A program made the translations under genes and the position numbers. DNA of 63,168 nucleotides, counting the filler, from Porpidia crustulata (lineage: Eukaryota): NCBI GenBank assembly GCA_964255105.1. It is 5 parts of 5 records of this genome, joined end to end, with 100 filler letters (N's around TTAATTAATTAA, not from the genome) between each part and the next. Parts side by side here need not be neighbours in the genome. Positions count along the whole stretch, not along the records: positions 37,978 to 50,526 come from CAXUWE010000517.1; positions 50,627 to 63,168 come from CAXUWE010000518.1; 3 more parts are not named here. The stretch is one strand, 5' to 3'. This document shows positions 39,881 through 50,665 of this stretch, piece after piece; the first letter of the stretch is position 1, and each line of letters begins with the position of its first letter. The notes beneath the pieces were generated by a model. It had not been told where the DNA came from. It was given only the letters and a program-made list of their open reading frames with translations, and did not search any database.

Positions 39881-41303
39881 TGTCGGATGGGATCAATTAA
39901 ATTCAATGTTCGGTGACTGTGATACAGCAAAGAATTGTCACAAGCCGAATGACACCGGTTTACAGTGGCTAGAGGCGGTTGTTGATTATCATCGCCTCAA
40001 CAGTTGATTCACGCCAGACTCCATGTAAGAATTCCTCGACCCTGTCAGGCCAATGGCAATCGCAGCGCGGATATGCGGTGAATCAAATACAGTCTGATGC
40101 AGGTCAGGGATCTGATTGGACATTAGTGTTGATTTAAGATGCATGGAGACGGCGGAGCATGGCGGCCTGGGGTCAAGTGGTCACGGACGCTGTCATCCGA
40201 GTGAAGCAAAGCCTCTTGAGGGTCTATAAGCCACAGGTGGGTGACGGATGTTGGGTAATAGATTGGAATTTGGGTGAGCGAACGTCGTACTCGCAATGCG
40301 AATAACCCACATGTTCATATGACTATAATCGCCGTTCCGATTTACGATCTGGATGCCTAGGGCAAGGACCAAGTGACCATGTGGGAGAAGTCCATCACCA
40401 GTAGGTTAAGAATTGTGACTGGACCCCCACTCCCCACTTCCTCTTCCCTCTCGTGCCTCTGTGCCTCTCCCGTCGCTTGCCCTACGGATACGGCCCTTAG
40501 TCCGTTATTGCTGTCAATCCCACGAGGCCTATGCAAATGCGCACAAGCCTTTGAAGTGAGAAATTAGATACTGATGACATTACGATTCCTGTGTGTACGC
40601 CTGACAAGATCGAAATATCAGCCCTGGACCGAAACTCTGGACTCGAAGCAGACCTCAGTACAGAGCTGCAATGCCAATAGTGTTCATGTCGTCTTGCGTG
40701 GTCGTGTTTCAATCAAAGTCGTCAAGATCTTCGGGTATCTCGATTGATAGACATTGGTAGGGTGGTAGGCTAGGTTCTGCTCCAGACCTCAAGCGGGAGA
40801 CTTCTACACCACCTCAGGGATGCAATTATGAGTCAGAGATTCCTACATTGCAGATTGTCAATATACTGCATTCATATTCGCATTGCGCGCAGAGAGATGC
40901 AGAATGGTTGAATTGATAAGGCGATGTTAGGCAAGGCGCATAATGAACATGGGTACAGAGTCCCCCCTATGCACTTTCGACAGGCAAGCCCAAGCCATGC
41001 TACGTGAAATTTCTACCTCGACGATTCATTGATTTTGACCCCGCCTACCAAATGTAGTTATCGTGGGCGGCATGCTAATTCATCAGTAGCGGCGGGAACT
41101 ATGATAGCAGAAGCAAGTGTCATGGAGATTGACGGTCATTTCAACCGTCATTACTCACACCTTCTTAATTAATAAATCCTCCTCCTCTCTGCAGCAATGG
41201 CTAGGTAATCTTTTATGGGTGAGAGGAAAGCTCGAGTCATTCTGACATTCTCTCACATCATCAGCTACATGCTACAAATCTCGCGCCCTTCAGTTAGTCT
41301 GTA

Positions 41304-44300
41304 ATGTCCCCCAAGTGTGAAGGCCCGATATGGAGGTTGGACGATTTCACTCCATGCTTCCAGCAAAGGTCCGGTCAATGTCTCGCTCATTTGATTTCTC
41401 TGCTAATGCTATCGCACAGCTACCTCCAGATCCTACTCCCTTTGATCGCCTCCGGTACATCCCTTCTCTACCTTCTAATTCAACTGATGTGGCGAGGTAT
41501 ACAATCACGGCAGGATAATGGCTACTCAAAATTGAAGAACTCTCAAAGACCATATAGTGACAATCAGTCCTTCATTGACCACCAGGAAAGATTACAGCGT
41601 GTTCAGAGCGTTGACGAGACTGGCGAGAATCACGGACTGGCCTTGCAACGAACAATTAGTGGCGCGAATGAGTCTATGTTAGAGGTCAGTCGTCCTGTGG
41701 GGGAAATTGCTCTTGTGATCGTCGAGGTCATTGCACTTGCGGGCCAAGTGTGCCTGAGCCTAGCAGCTTTGTTGACCAATGCCTCGGGGCGACATGGGAG
41801 CCTCGCAGCTACAGCGGAGCTTGCTGCTTGGAGTTATATCTTTGCGCTTGCACTGCTAAGATTGCTGCTTCCGCTTTTCAAATTAAGCCGACCTCCAAGG
41901 CTTTGGAACCACACGGCCGCTCTCTATGCGGTACAATGGCTGTTGACTGTTCTTCTGTTTCGATCTGCCATCATACATCCGCGCTCAAAGCAAGCTCAAA
42001 TTCTAATGATTGTTCAATTTTCCTTAATTAATATACTTATCATCATTGCTACTACGTCGAGGAAAGGAAACAAAATTGTGGTTTTAGAATATGAGGATGA
42101 TATTGAGCCCTCCAAAGAGCCGCTAGCAAGCCTGTTTTCGATTGCCACCTTTGGCTGGGTAGACGCAATTGTCTGGCAAGGCTATAAGAAAGCCTATCAG
42201 ATATCCGATGTATGGAATTTGGCTCCCAAAGATAAGGCGGCCGCTGTCATTGCCGAGTACAGACAGCTTAAGAAAACCTCTAGATTAGCATGGCACCTAT
42301 TAAAATACTTTGAAGGCTATTTCTTAAAGCAAGCGGCATGGGCATTCGTCTCTGGCACCTTCACCTTTGTTCCAACCATACTCCTGAAAGCATTTTTGGA
42401 GTACGTTGAGAATGCTGAAGACACGCCTGTGAACGCCGCCTGGTTTTATATCTGTCTACTCGCCGCCTCTGGATGTGTCAATGCTGTTGCATCCGGTCAA
42501 GCTCTCTGGATAGGACGTAGAATCTGTATTCGCACACGTGCCGTCATCATTGGAGAGATATATGCCAAGTCGCTAAGGCGAAAAGCAGCTGCCAGAATAG
42601 ACACAGTCTTAGGTGCGGAAACGAAAAAAGTGAATATCAAAGGAGATCAAGATCAAGGACTAAAGAATAAGGTTCTATCTTTCGGGCGGAGAAAGAAGGA
42701 AGGCCGGAAGACCAAGGCTGATCCTGCACCCGCCAAAGACGTCACGGACTCTCAGGTCAATGTAGGGACTATCATCAATCTGATGGCTGTGGATTCGTTC
42801 AAGGTCAGCGAAGTCAGTGCGTACTTGCATTTTCTATGGGCAGCTACTCCAGTGCAACTCGTCTTGTGTGTGGTCCTTCTGTATCGAATTCTTGGGTGGA
42901 GTTCGTTTGCCAGTATCGGGTTGATGATTTTGGTCACTCCCCTCAACCTATACATCGCCAGACAATTCAGCAAATTCCAAAAGATTATCATGGCTGCCAC
43001 TGACGCCCGGATTCATACCACTAACGAGGTTTTGCAAAATATCAGGATCATCAAATATTTTGCTTGGGAGCTGCGCTTCGCACAAATCGTCAACGAAAAG
43101 CGAAGAGTAGAACTTCGGGCCCTCCGAAACAGGTATATTCTCTGGACCTTTGCAGCCACGGTCTGGACTGGAGTGCCTCTGATGATCACTTTCTTTTCAT
43201 TCTTAGTTTATACCGTTATCGAGAAAAGACCTCTGATACCATCTGTGGCTTTCACCGCGCTTTCACTTTTCAGCCTCTTGCGGATACCCTTAGATCAATT
43301 AGCGGATATGGTTGCCCACGTTCAGGAGTCCAAGGTTTCAGTTGATCGAGTCGAAGAATTCTTGAACGAGGATGAGACCGAAAAGTATGATCAGCTTTGC
43401 CAGGGTGTCGTGGATGAAAACGGAGAACCGCTGATTGGATTCGAGAACGCAACTTTTTCGTGGGGATCCCAAAACAGTCAGCATGGGGACGGATCGAGAG
43501 CTTTTCGCATGATTGACATGACGGTCCGGTTCCAGATCGGTCATCTAAATATTGTCGCTGGCGTTACAGGATCGGGAAAGACGTCACTTCTAATGGCGCT
43601 GCTGGGAGAGATGACACTTATCGATGGCTCAGTTCATTTGCCTGGTGGTTATAGCAGAGAAGAGCTTAAGCCAAAACCAGAAACAGGTTTGACCGAGAGT
43701 GTCGCATACTGCGCGCAACAGGCGTGGCTGATTAACGATACGATCAAGCAAAATATTTTATTCGCAGCACCTTCGGACCACTCGCGATATAATTCCGTTA
43801 TAGCCGCCTGTGCTCTAGAGAGAGACCTTCAGATACTAGATGGGGGGGATTCCACTCTGGTAGGTGAGAAAGGTGTGACGCTCTCTGGAGGACAGAAACA
43901 ACGGATCTCACTAGCCAGAGCACTTTATTCCAATTCACGACATGTCATCCTCGACGACTGTCTAAGTGCTGTCGACTCACATACCGCGAAACATATATTC
44001 GAGCACTGTATCATGGGTCCTTTGATGGTTGGCCGGACTTGCATTCTTGTTACTCACAATATCTCACTTTGTGTACCGCTCTCACATCATGTTGTCGTCT
44101 TAGGAAATGGAAAGATCATCGCTCAGGGTCCTCCTGGGGACGTGATGTCTTCAGGGGCGCTGGGCGAGGATATCCAGAAATCTAGACCAGGATCTAAAGG
44201 TGGAACTCAAGTAAATTCTCGAGTACAATCGACACTTCATCTTGAAGATGAAGCCAATAAGCGTGGCAACGGAAATACTCAAACATCCAAAGGAAACACA

Positions 44301-46466
44301 ACCGAAACAAACGATGGAAAGCAAGCCCTACCGAGTGAGGGAGTTGAGATTGCAAATGCAAGGACCGAAGGAAAAGCTGAGGGGGGTGTGAAGATAAAGG
44401 TTATACAATTATACCTTGCTGCCATGGGACCTTGGTATTACTGGGTGACTGCGTTTGTCTTCTTCGCTGCACAACAAGTGGGATCAGTGGCTTGTAATGT
44501 GTGGATTCGCCAATGGTCTAATACTTATAACACCGAGAATACGGCTTTACAGGACTTACATTCGCATTCTCCCATGGCCGACTACGTTCATACTAGCAAT
44601 ATCTTCTCCTTTAGCTGCTCCTCCAGGGGCACCTGTTTCTGGAACCTGCCTTTCTCATCCAAGGCCTCCAAGACAACGCTCGTGGCATCTGCAATCCACG
44701 ATGCAGACTCCCTGTATTATCTAGGTGTGTACGCAATGCTCGCAGCGTTATACCTAGTGATATCTTTTAGCAAAGAGGGCATCATTTTCTGGGGCTCTTT
44801 GACGGCATCCTGGAAAATCCATAATCATTTGCTTGACGCAGTGACAAGAGCCAAGTTTAAATTCTTCGATTCGACTCCCCTTGGCCAACTAATGAATAGA
44901 TTCTCTAAAGACATCGAAGCGATAGATCAGGAGGTCGCTCCTGTCGCCGTCGGTGTTCTTGGATGTCTGGCTTCTGTGATTACCATTGTGGTGCTCATCT
45001 CAGTCATCACTCCTGGGTTTCTCATTGCTGGGGTTTTCATTACGGCAATATATTTCGCAATCGGGAAATTCTATCTCGCATCATCTGTGAATTTGAAACG
45101 ACTAGAGTCGGTATTAAGAAGTCCTTTGTACCAGCAATTTGGGGAGACCCTTAGCGGTGTTACCACAATTCGAGCTTATGGAGACGAGAGACGTTTCATT
45201 CGAGATAACCAGCATCGGGTTGATACCCATAACAGACCGTATATCTATCTTTGGGCAGCGAATCGATGGCTTGCGCTCAGAATCGACTTTACCGGAGCGC
45301 TCGTAGCTTTTTTCGCAGGCGTGTTTGTAATCTTACGTATAGGCACAATCGATGCTGGGGCTGCTGGTTTATCACTAACATACGCTGTCACTTTCACGGA
45401 AAACGTCTTATGGCTTGTGCGGCTATATTCAATGAACGAGCAAAATATGAATTCGGTCGAACGGGTCAAAGAGTATCTAGAGGTCGAGCAAGAAGCAAAA
45501 TCCATCATTCCTGAATCTCGACCACCGGGCAATTGGCCCAGTAGGGGAGCCATTCAGTTCATCAATTACCTGACAAGATATCGATCTGACCTTGAGCCAG
45601 TCCTCAAAAATGTTACTTTTAGCGTTCTGCCTGGTGAAAGAGTTGGTATAGTTGGTAGAACAGGCGCTGGGAAAAGTTCTCTTGCACTTGCTCTGTTCCG
45701 AGGACTAGAGGCCGAAGAGGGCAAAATCATCATAGACGACATAGACATAGGTCTCATTGGTCTCCAAGACCTGAGGGAAGCCATTACTATAGTTCCTCAG
45801 GACCCCACACTCTTCACAGGTACTATACGCAGTAACCTGGACCCATTTGGTCTTTTTACTGACGAGGAAATATTTGATACGCTACGTCGGGTACAGCTAA
45901 TCGATGCTCCGTCTCCCAATACAGCCTCAAGATCAAGCACACCGTCGAATCCAGCTACAGCAAACCAGAGCGAATCTGGACCATCATCGGCCGAAGATTC
46001 GGAGGTGGAGATAGATCTTTCGAAGAAAATGACTAACACGCACGAGAACACCAACGTTTTCACTAAATTATCATCTCCAATCGCCGAGTCTGGCTCGAAT
46101 CTTTCTCAAGGACAACGGCAGCTTCTATGTCTAGCGCGGGCACTTCTAAAGTCACCTCGCGTACTGCTTATGGATGAAGCCACGGCATCTATAGACTACG
46201 CCACAGACGCTAAAATCCAGGACACGCTGAGAGAGGTCAAAGAGAGCACAATAATTACCATAGCACATCGCCTGCAGACTATCGTCGACTATGATAAGGT
46301 GCTAGTTCTTGATAAGGGAAAGGTGGTTGAATACGATGCGCCATGGGAGCTGATAGAGAGAGAGGACGGAGTATTCCGAGGGATGTGTGAAATGAGTGGT
46401 GACCTGGACAAGTTGCTGGAAGGAGCGAGAGAAGCGGGCAATAAGAAGAAACTAATAGACGTCTGA
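41304..46466 (+). CDS. YBT1: Full-size ABCC/MRP transporter, Ybt1/Bpt1-like
   Basis: 1720-aa ORF, N-terminal TM extension, two TMD-NBD halves (GVTGSGKTS/LSGGQ; GRTGAGKSS/LSQGQ). Probable in-frame 51-nt intron 41369..41419. Confidence 0.9.
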   Translation: MSPKCEGPIWRLDDFTPCFQQRSGQCLAHLISLLMLSHSYLQILLPLIASGTSLLYLLIQLMWRGIQSRQDNGYSKLKNSQRPYSDNQSFIDHQERLQRVQSVDETGENHGLALQRTISGANESMLEVSRPVGEIALVIVEVIALAGQVCLSLAALLTNASGRHGSLAATAELAAWSYIFALALLRLLLPLFKLSRPPRLWNHTAALYAVQWLLTVLLFRSAIIHPRSKQAQILMIVQFSLINILIIIATTSRKGNKIVVLEYEDDIEPSKEPLASLFSIATFGWVDAIVWQGYKKAYQISDVWNLAPKDKAAAVIAEYRQLKKTSRLAWHLLKYFEGYFLKQAAWAFVSGTFTFVPTILLKAFLEYVENAEDTPVNAAWFYICLLAASGCVNAVASGQALWIGRRICIRTRAVIIGEIYAKSLRRKAAARIDTVLGAETKKVNIKGDQDQGLKNKVLSFGRRKKEGRKTKADPAPAKDVTDSQVNVGTIINLMAVDSFKVSEVSAYLHFLWAATPVQLVLCVVLLYRILGWSSFASIGLMILVTPLNLYIARQFSKFQKIIMAATDARIHTTNEVLQNIRIIKYFAWELRFAQIVNEKRRVELRALRNRYILWTFAATVWTGVPLMITFFSFLVYTVIEKRPLIPSVAFTALSLFSLLRIPLDQLADMVAHVQESKVSVDRVEEFLNEDETEKYDQLCQGVVDENGEPLIGFENATFSWGSQNSQHGDGSRAFRMIDMTVRFQIGHLNIVAGVTGSGKTSLLMALLGEMTLIDGSVHLPGGYSREELKPKPETGLTESVAYCAQQAWLINDTIKQNILFAAPSDHSRYNSVIAACALERDLQILDGGDSTLVGEKGVTLSGGQKQRISLARALYSNSRHVILDDCLSAVDSHTAKHIFEHCIMGPLMVGRTCILVTHNISLCVPLSHHVVVLGNGKIIAQGPPGDVMSSGALGEDIQKSRPGSKGGTQVNSRVQSTLHLEDEANKRGNGNTQTSKGNTTETNDGKQALPSEGVEIANARTEGKAEGGVKIKVIQLYLAAMGPWYYWVTAFVFFAAQQVGSVACNVWIRQWSNTYNTENTALQDLHSHSPMADYVHTSNIFSFSCSSRGTCFWNLPFSSKASKTTLVASAIHDADSLYYLGVYAMLAALYLVISFSKEGIIFWGSLTASWKIHNHLLDAVTRAKFKFFDSTPLGQLMNRFSKDIEAIDQEVAPVAVGVLGCLASVITIVVLISVITPGFLIAGVFITAIYFAIGKFYLASSVNLKRLESVLRSPLYQQFGETLSGVTTIRAYGDERRFIRDNQHRVDTHNRPYIYLWAANRWLALRIDFTGALVAFFAGVFVILRIGTIDAGAAGLSLTYAVTFTENVLWLVRLYSMNEQNMNSVERVKEYLEVEQEAKSIIPESRPPGNWPSRGAIQFINYLTRYRSDLEPVLKNVTFSVLPGERVGIVGRTGAGKSSLALALFRGLEAEEGKIIIDDIDIGLIGLQDLREAITIVPQDPTLFTGTIRSNLDPFGLFTDEEIFDTLRRVQLIDAPSPNTASRSSTPSNPATANQSESGPSSAEDSEVEIDLSKKMTNTHENTNVFTKLSSPIAESGSNLSQGQRQLLCLARALLKSPRVLLMDEATASIDYATDAKIQDTLREVKESTIITIAHRLQTIVDYDKVLVLDKGKVVEYDAPWELIEREDGVFRGMCEMSGDLDKLLEGAREAGNKKKLIDV

Positions 46467-46878
46467 GCAGGTGAACATATGGGTGTGGTTAGGCCGGCTG
46501 GCTTTGAGGCTGGTCAATGGTCTTTGCATAAGCATTACTTGCCAAAGGGGATATCGTACGCTTCGGCGTCGACTTTATTGTACTTACGTAATGTGTACAC
46601 TTTAAGTGTAGCTTTGAGGAGACAAATTCCTATCAATCATTAGTCCTGTCTGTTTGTCGCTGTATGTCACTATCTGGCAAGCTGGTCTTTATTTAGTACA
46701 CTTGCGTACGCTCTGTCGGTTGCAAGGCCCGATATTCCGGCGCAATTCGTGGTCTCAAAGAACCTTACACATGACAAGTAACGTAGTGCGTACCTACCAG
46801 TTGATAAATTCTTCCACTGCTTCATGATCATCCTCCACTACCTGGCAAGAAAAACATCCTACTTGAAAATGCAGGGAG

Positions 46879-49737
46879 ATGTTACTGAGACGCAGCTATG
46901 TAACCTCAGCGGTAGCAGGAGTACTGATACTTCTAGGACTTCTTTCAGGCGGCCAGGCTCTAAGGTCTAGGACCACCATTGAAGGAGCGAGCGACCCGTC
47001 GTCAAAGGGCGCCTCTCTCTGTCTCTCCAGGAGTATCAACTACATAACTCAGACTCTACCTCAGCAATGTCTGAGAACAGACTGGACTAGAGAAACCGAG
47101 GCACCCACACTGGGCTCTACTCAGTCGGAAGTCCATGCACAACGCCCCCCGTTCACAGGTTCTGGCACCCATCACGATGCCACTACTACATACTCTAGCC
47201 ACCAGAGTCCTACAAACCTAGTAAAGGGCACAATCACAAAAGCTCTCAGCGAGGTCTTACCAACAATCCATGACCAGGCCATCCTCCCATCAAGCTCCTC
47301 TGCATCGACGCAGAGCCATCCTCAATCTGTAAGCGGTGATACTGCGGCTAACGAAGAAGAGTCGCCTCTGGATAAAGTGAATTTCCTTTCATTTGAGGAA
47401 TGGAAGAACTTGAATCTTGCGAAGGCTGGGCAGTCTGCAGACCATGTCGGCTCTGGCCGAACAGGGATTGGGGAGACAGAGCCAAGGTATAAGCCTGGTT
47501 CCATTCATAACGACTTAGTCTCACTGGGAGAAGATGATGAGATAGAGATAGACTTTGGAGGCTTCTCAAGTCCTGGTGTGCCGAGTCAAGCGGTTTCTTC
47601 TCAGGACAATCCTACAAATGACGGTACGCGAAGTCCTTCAGGCCAAAAGGGAGAAACGAGGAAAATAGAAGACATACCAGCACCACATCCCAGAGGCAAA
47701 GACGCAGGGAAGACCTGCAAAGAGCGGTCAAATTATGCGTCATTTGACTGTGCCGCTACCGTGCTGAAGACCAATCCCGAATGCAAAGGAGGTACTTCCG
47801 TACTCGTCGAGAACAAAGATAGTTATATGCTCAATGAGTGCTCCGCAAAGAACAAGTTCTTCATTGTCGAACTATGTGACCATATTTTGATTGACACAAT
47901 TGTCCTCGCGAATTTCGAATTTTTCAGCTCCATGTTTCGAACATTCAGGGTCAGCGTCTCGGACAGATACCCTGTCAAGCTTGATAAATGGAGAGAGCTT
48001 GGAATATTCGAAGCTAGGAACACCAGGGAGGTGCAAGCGTTCCTGGTCGAGAATTCACTTATATGGGCGCGTTACATAAGAGTCGAATTTCTCACGCACT
48101 TCGGCAATGAATATTACTGTCCGGTCAGTCTTTTTAGAGTTCATGGAACTACGATGATGGAAGAATTCAACCATGACATGAAGAGTTCAATGGGCGAGGA
48201 TGACGCTGAGAACGAGTCTGTTGTAGAGGAAGGATCAGAGCGCATATCCGGAGTTGTCACTGCGGACGCTTTGAAGGATACGTCTCAATCTACGTTAGAG
48301 CAGATTCCAACGATGACCAACCTACCTATAACATCGACGTCTGCACAAGTGGGGATATCGAGCAATGTATCACACAGTACATCGGGCGACATAGCTTCAA
48401 ATTGTGAGAATTCTGAGAAAGATTTCACCCCATTTGAATCTTCATCGCAAGTGGACATAGAATCGCTGTTTCTGTCGCAGAAGCTTTACAACTCAATGTG
48501 CGCTGTGGTACAACAGACACCACTTACCTCTCCTACCATTGCTAGCCCATCACCAGCCCACAATTTCGCTGAGACCACCAAGGTGGTACAAGCGGTATTG
48601 TCTCCGTCCGTCCCTGACTACGTGACTACTTCGAAAAATAGAGCATCAATAGAGGTTGGCAAATCTACTGAAAGCTCGGTAGGGGTAGCTCTAAGCAGCT
48701 CCTCAGAATTGGGCAATCATACAAAACCTCCAAGCTCGTCGCAATTTGCTACCCCGGTACCGCAAGATTCCGCAAAACACCATACTTCTGCCACACAACC
48801 CTCTTCACCAAATCCTACCACACAGGAGTCATTCTTCAAGTCCGTCCACAAACGCCTCCAACTCCTTGAATCAAATTCCACTCTCTCACTGCAATACATC
48901 GAGGATCAATCTCGTATCCTCCGTGACGCTTTCTCCGCCGTTGAGAAACGCCAAATGGCCAAAAGCACTACTTTTCTTGAAACACTAAATTCCACGGTTC
49001 TCAATGAACTCCGTGAATTCCGAACTCAGTACGACCAAATATGGCAGTCAACCGTTTTGGAACTTTCTGCTCAGCGTGAAAGTTCGCAATACGAGGTCCT
49101 CGCACTAAGCGCCCGCATTAGTCTTCTGGCCGATGAAATTGTGTATCAGAAACGAATTGCTATTCTTCAATTCGCACTAATCCTACTTTGCCTCTGTCTT
49201 GTCATATTCTCTCGCAACGGCGCTAGTGCAAATCACCTCGAGTTCCCTTCCCTGGCATTCAACCGCTCAACCTCCAATCTTTCTGGTTTCGGCCCACACT
49301 TCGAGACACCACCATCTACGAGACCCCCTTCCAGATACGGCCTCTTCGGCCGCGGGAATGCCCACGAACGAAATGCCTCTTCGCCCCCTCAGGTGGTTAG
49401 ATCCTCGTCTAGATATAGCATTTTCAGGCGTGGGACTGCACACGAGAGATGCCCTTCGGAAGAGTCGGCCCTGAACGGATCGGCCAAAGGCCCGGATATC
49501 GAGTATTCGCCGCCGACGCCGACGTCGCAAAGTACCGAGGCAGGAAGTAATGGTGAGGGAGAGGCAGAAGTAAATGAGACCTCAAGTCAAGGCTCGGACC
49601 TAGATAGGACCGCGAGGAAAATACATAGCAATCCCGCTACTTTAGGTCGAAATGGTATCGGGCGGCCAGATCTGGATGAGGGTGGATCGCTCACACCGGA
49701 GCCGGAGCATGAAACTACCCATGAGCGAAGTGTATGA
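46879..49737 (+). CDS. SLP1: Mid-SUN (Sad1/UNC-like) domain ER protein
   Basis: Signal peptide, FLSFEEWK, ERSNYASFDCAATV...NKDSYMLNEC...ANFEFFSS...YYCPVSLFRVHG, TQESFFKSVHKRLQLLE coiled coil, C-terminal TM. Confidence 0.9.
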   Translation: MLLRRSYVTSAVAGVLILLGLLSGGQALRSRTTIEGASDPSSKGASLCLSRSINYITQTLPQQCLRTDWTRETEAPTLGSTQSEVHAQRPPFTGSGTHHDATTTYSSHQSPTNLVKGTITKALSEVLPTIHDQAILPSSSSASTQSHPQSVSGDTAANEEESPLDKVNFLSFEEWKNLNLAKAGQSADHVGSGRTGIGETEPRYKPGSIHNDLVSLGEDDEIEIDFGGFSSPGVPSQAVSSQDNPTNDGTRSPSGQKGETRKIEDIPAPHPRGKDAGKTCKERSNYASFDCAATVLKTNPECKGGTSVLVENKDSYMLNECSAKNKFFIVELCDHILIDTIVLANFEFFSSMFRTFRVSVSDRYPVKLDKWRELGIFEARNTREVQAFLVENSLIWARYIRVEFLTHFGNEYYCPVSLFRVHGTTMMEEFNHDMKSSMGEDDAENESVVEEGSERISGVVTADALKDTSQSTLEQIPTMTNLPITSTSAQVGISSNVSHSTSGDIASNCENSEKDFTPFESSSQVDIESLFLSQKLYNSMCAVVQQTPLTSPTIASPSPAHNFAETTKVVQAVLSPSVPDYVTTSKNRASIEVGKSTESSVGVALSSSSELGNHTKPPSSSQFATPVPQDSAKHHTSATQPSSPNPTTQESFFKSVHKRLQLLESNSTLSLQYIEDQSRILRDAFSAVEKRQMAKSTTFLETLNSTVLNELREFRTQYDQIWQSTVLELSAQRESSQYEVLALSARISLLADEIVYQKRIAILQFALILLCLCLVIFSRNGASANHLEFPSLAFNRSTSNLSGFGPHFETPPSTRPPSRYGLFGRGNAHERNASSPPQVVRSSSRYSIFRRGTAHERCPSEESALNGSAKGPDIEYSPPTPTSQSTEAGSNGEGEAEVNETSSQGSDLDRTARKIHSNPATLGRNGIGRPDLDEGGSLTPEPEHETTHERSV

Positions 49738-50093
49738 CTGATGAAAGACGACAAGTTTTGCAATAACGTCCTCATTTGTTAGAGTTCTACATAGATCGTT
49801 TGCGGCATAGCGTCGGAGTTCCGAGTCGGGCTTGCTTGGGATGTGGGAGGCCGAATATCTGCAATGCATCGTTGTTCCACCCTTTGACTGGGGCTGCCTG
49901 CACAGATATGTATTCGTATTAATATCGATGAAATGTATCTATTCAGCACGTTTGTCTGTATTCAAACAAGGGATTTATCTCATGACAGCTTCACGGCGTC
50001 TGAGAAGTGACCGTCTGTGATTGCGAATATCTAAAACCCCTCAACGCCTACCAATGCTTGCCTATGTACATCACTCCCTCGACCTCTTCTCAA

Positions 50094-50450
50094 TCATCTT
50101 GGCGCCGCCTCCGGCACCCAAGCGCTATATTTTGGTTTTACCCTACAACAACATCAGCAAACCCATTTCCCCTTCCCTTCATTCCTTGCCCCCCCCGCGC
50201 AAAGATCTTCAACAATCGCACAGCACGAAGGAGAAACCGAGAACTCACGTAGAATAAGGCTTGTAAGCCGCCCTCGTCGCCGTCAAATTCATCCGATGCT
50301 CCGGCAGCTCCCACGTCCGTTGGCCGGGCTTGAGCAGAGCGTCTTCGGTCGGCGGCTTATCGATCATGTACGACATCCAAGCGTGCCAGCCCGGTTCGAT
50401 CTGCGAAGGGTCGTATTCGGAGTCTTTGTAGTCGACCCAGCGTGTGCGTA
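50094..50450 (-). CDS. NDUFA12: Complex I subunit NDUFA12/B17.2 (last two exons; 5' end truncated)
   Basis: RTRWVDYKDSEYDPSQIEPGWHAWMSYM...NLTATRAAYKPYST|VKPKYSAWVPEAAPR*. Confidence 0.88.
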
Positions 50451-50526
50451 CTGTTGTTCGCGGCGGCGGCGGGTGTTAGTGAATCATTATTCTCGGATCA
50501 ATATGAAAGGAGAAAAGGAAGGAAGA

Positions 50527-50626
50527 NNNNNNNNNNNNNNNNNNNNNNNNNNNNNNNNNNNNNNNNNNNNTTAATTAATTAANNNNNNNNNNNNNNNNNN
50601 NNNNNNNNNNNNNNNNNNNNNNNNNN
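50527..50626. other. Artificial contig-joining spacer
   Basis: N44-TTAATTAATTAA-N44. Confidence 0.99.
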
Positions 50627-50665
50627 GCTGGTTTGGGGTGTGGGGGGAGGGGAGAAGGGACTTAC

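Noticed and set aside
38295..46466. LaeA-like methyltransferase plus ABCC transporter as a secondary-metabolite cluster
   Set aside because: No PKS, NRPS or terpene backbone gene on the contig; the neighbours are housekeeping genes.
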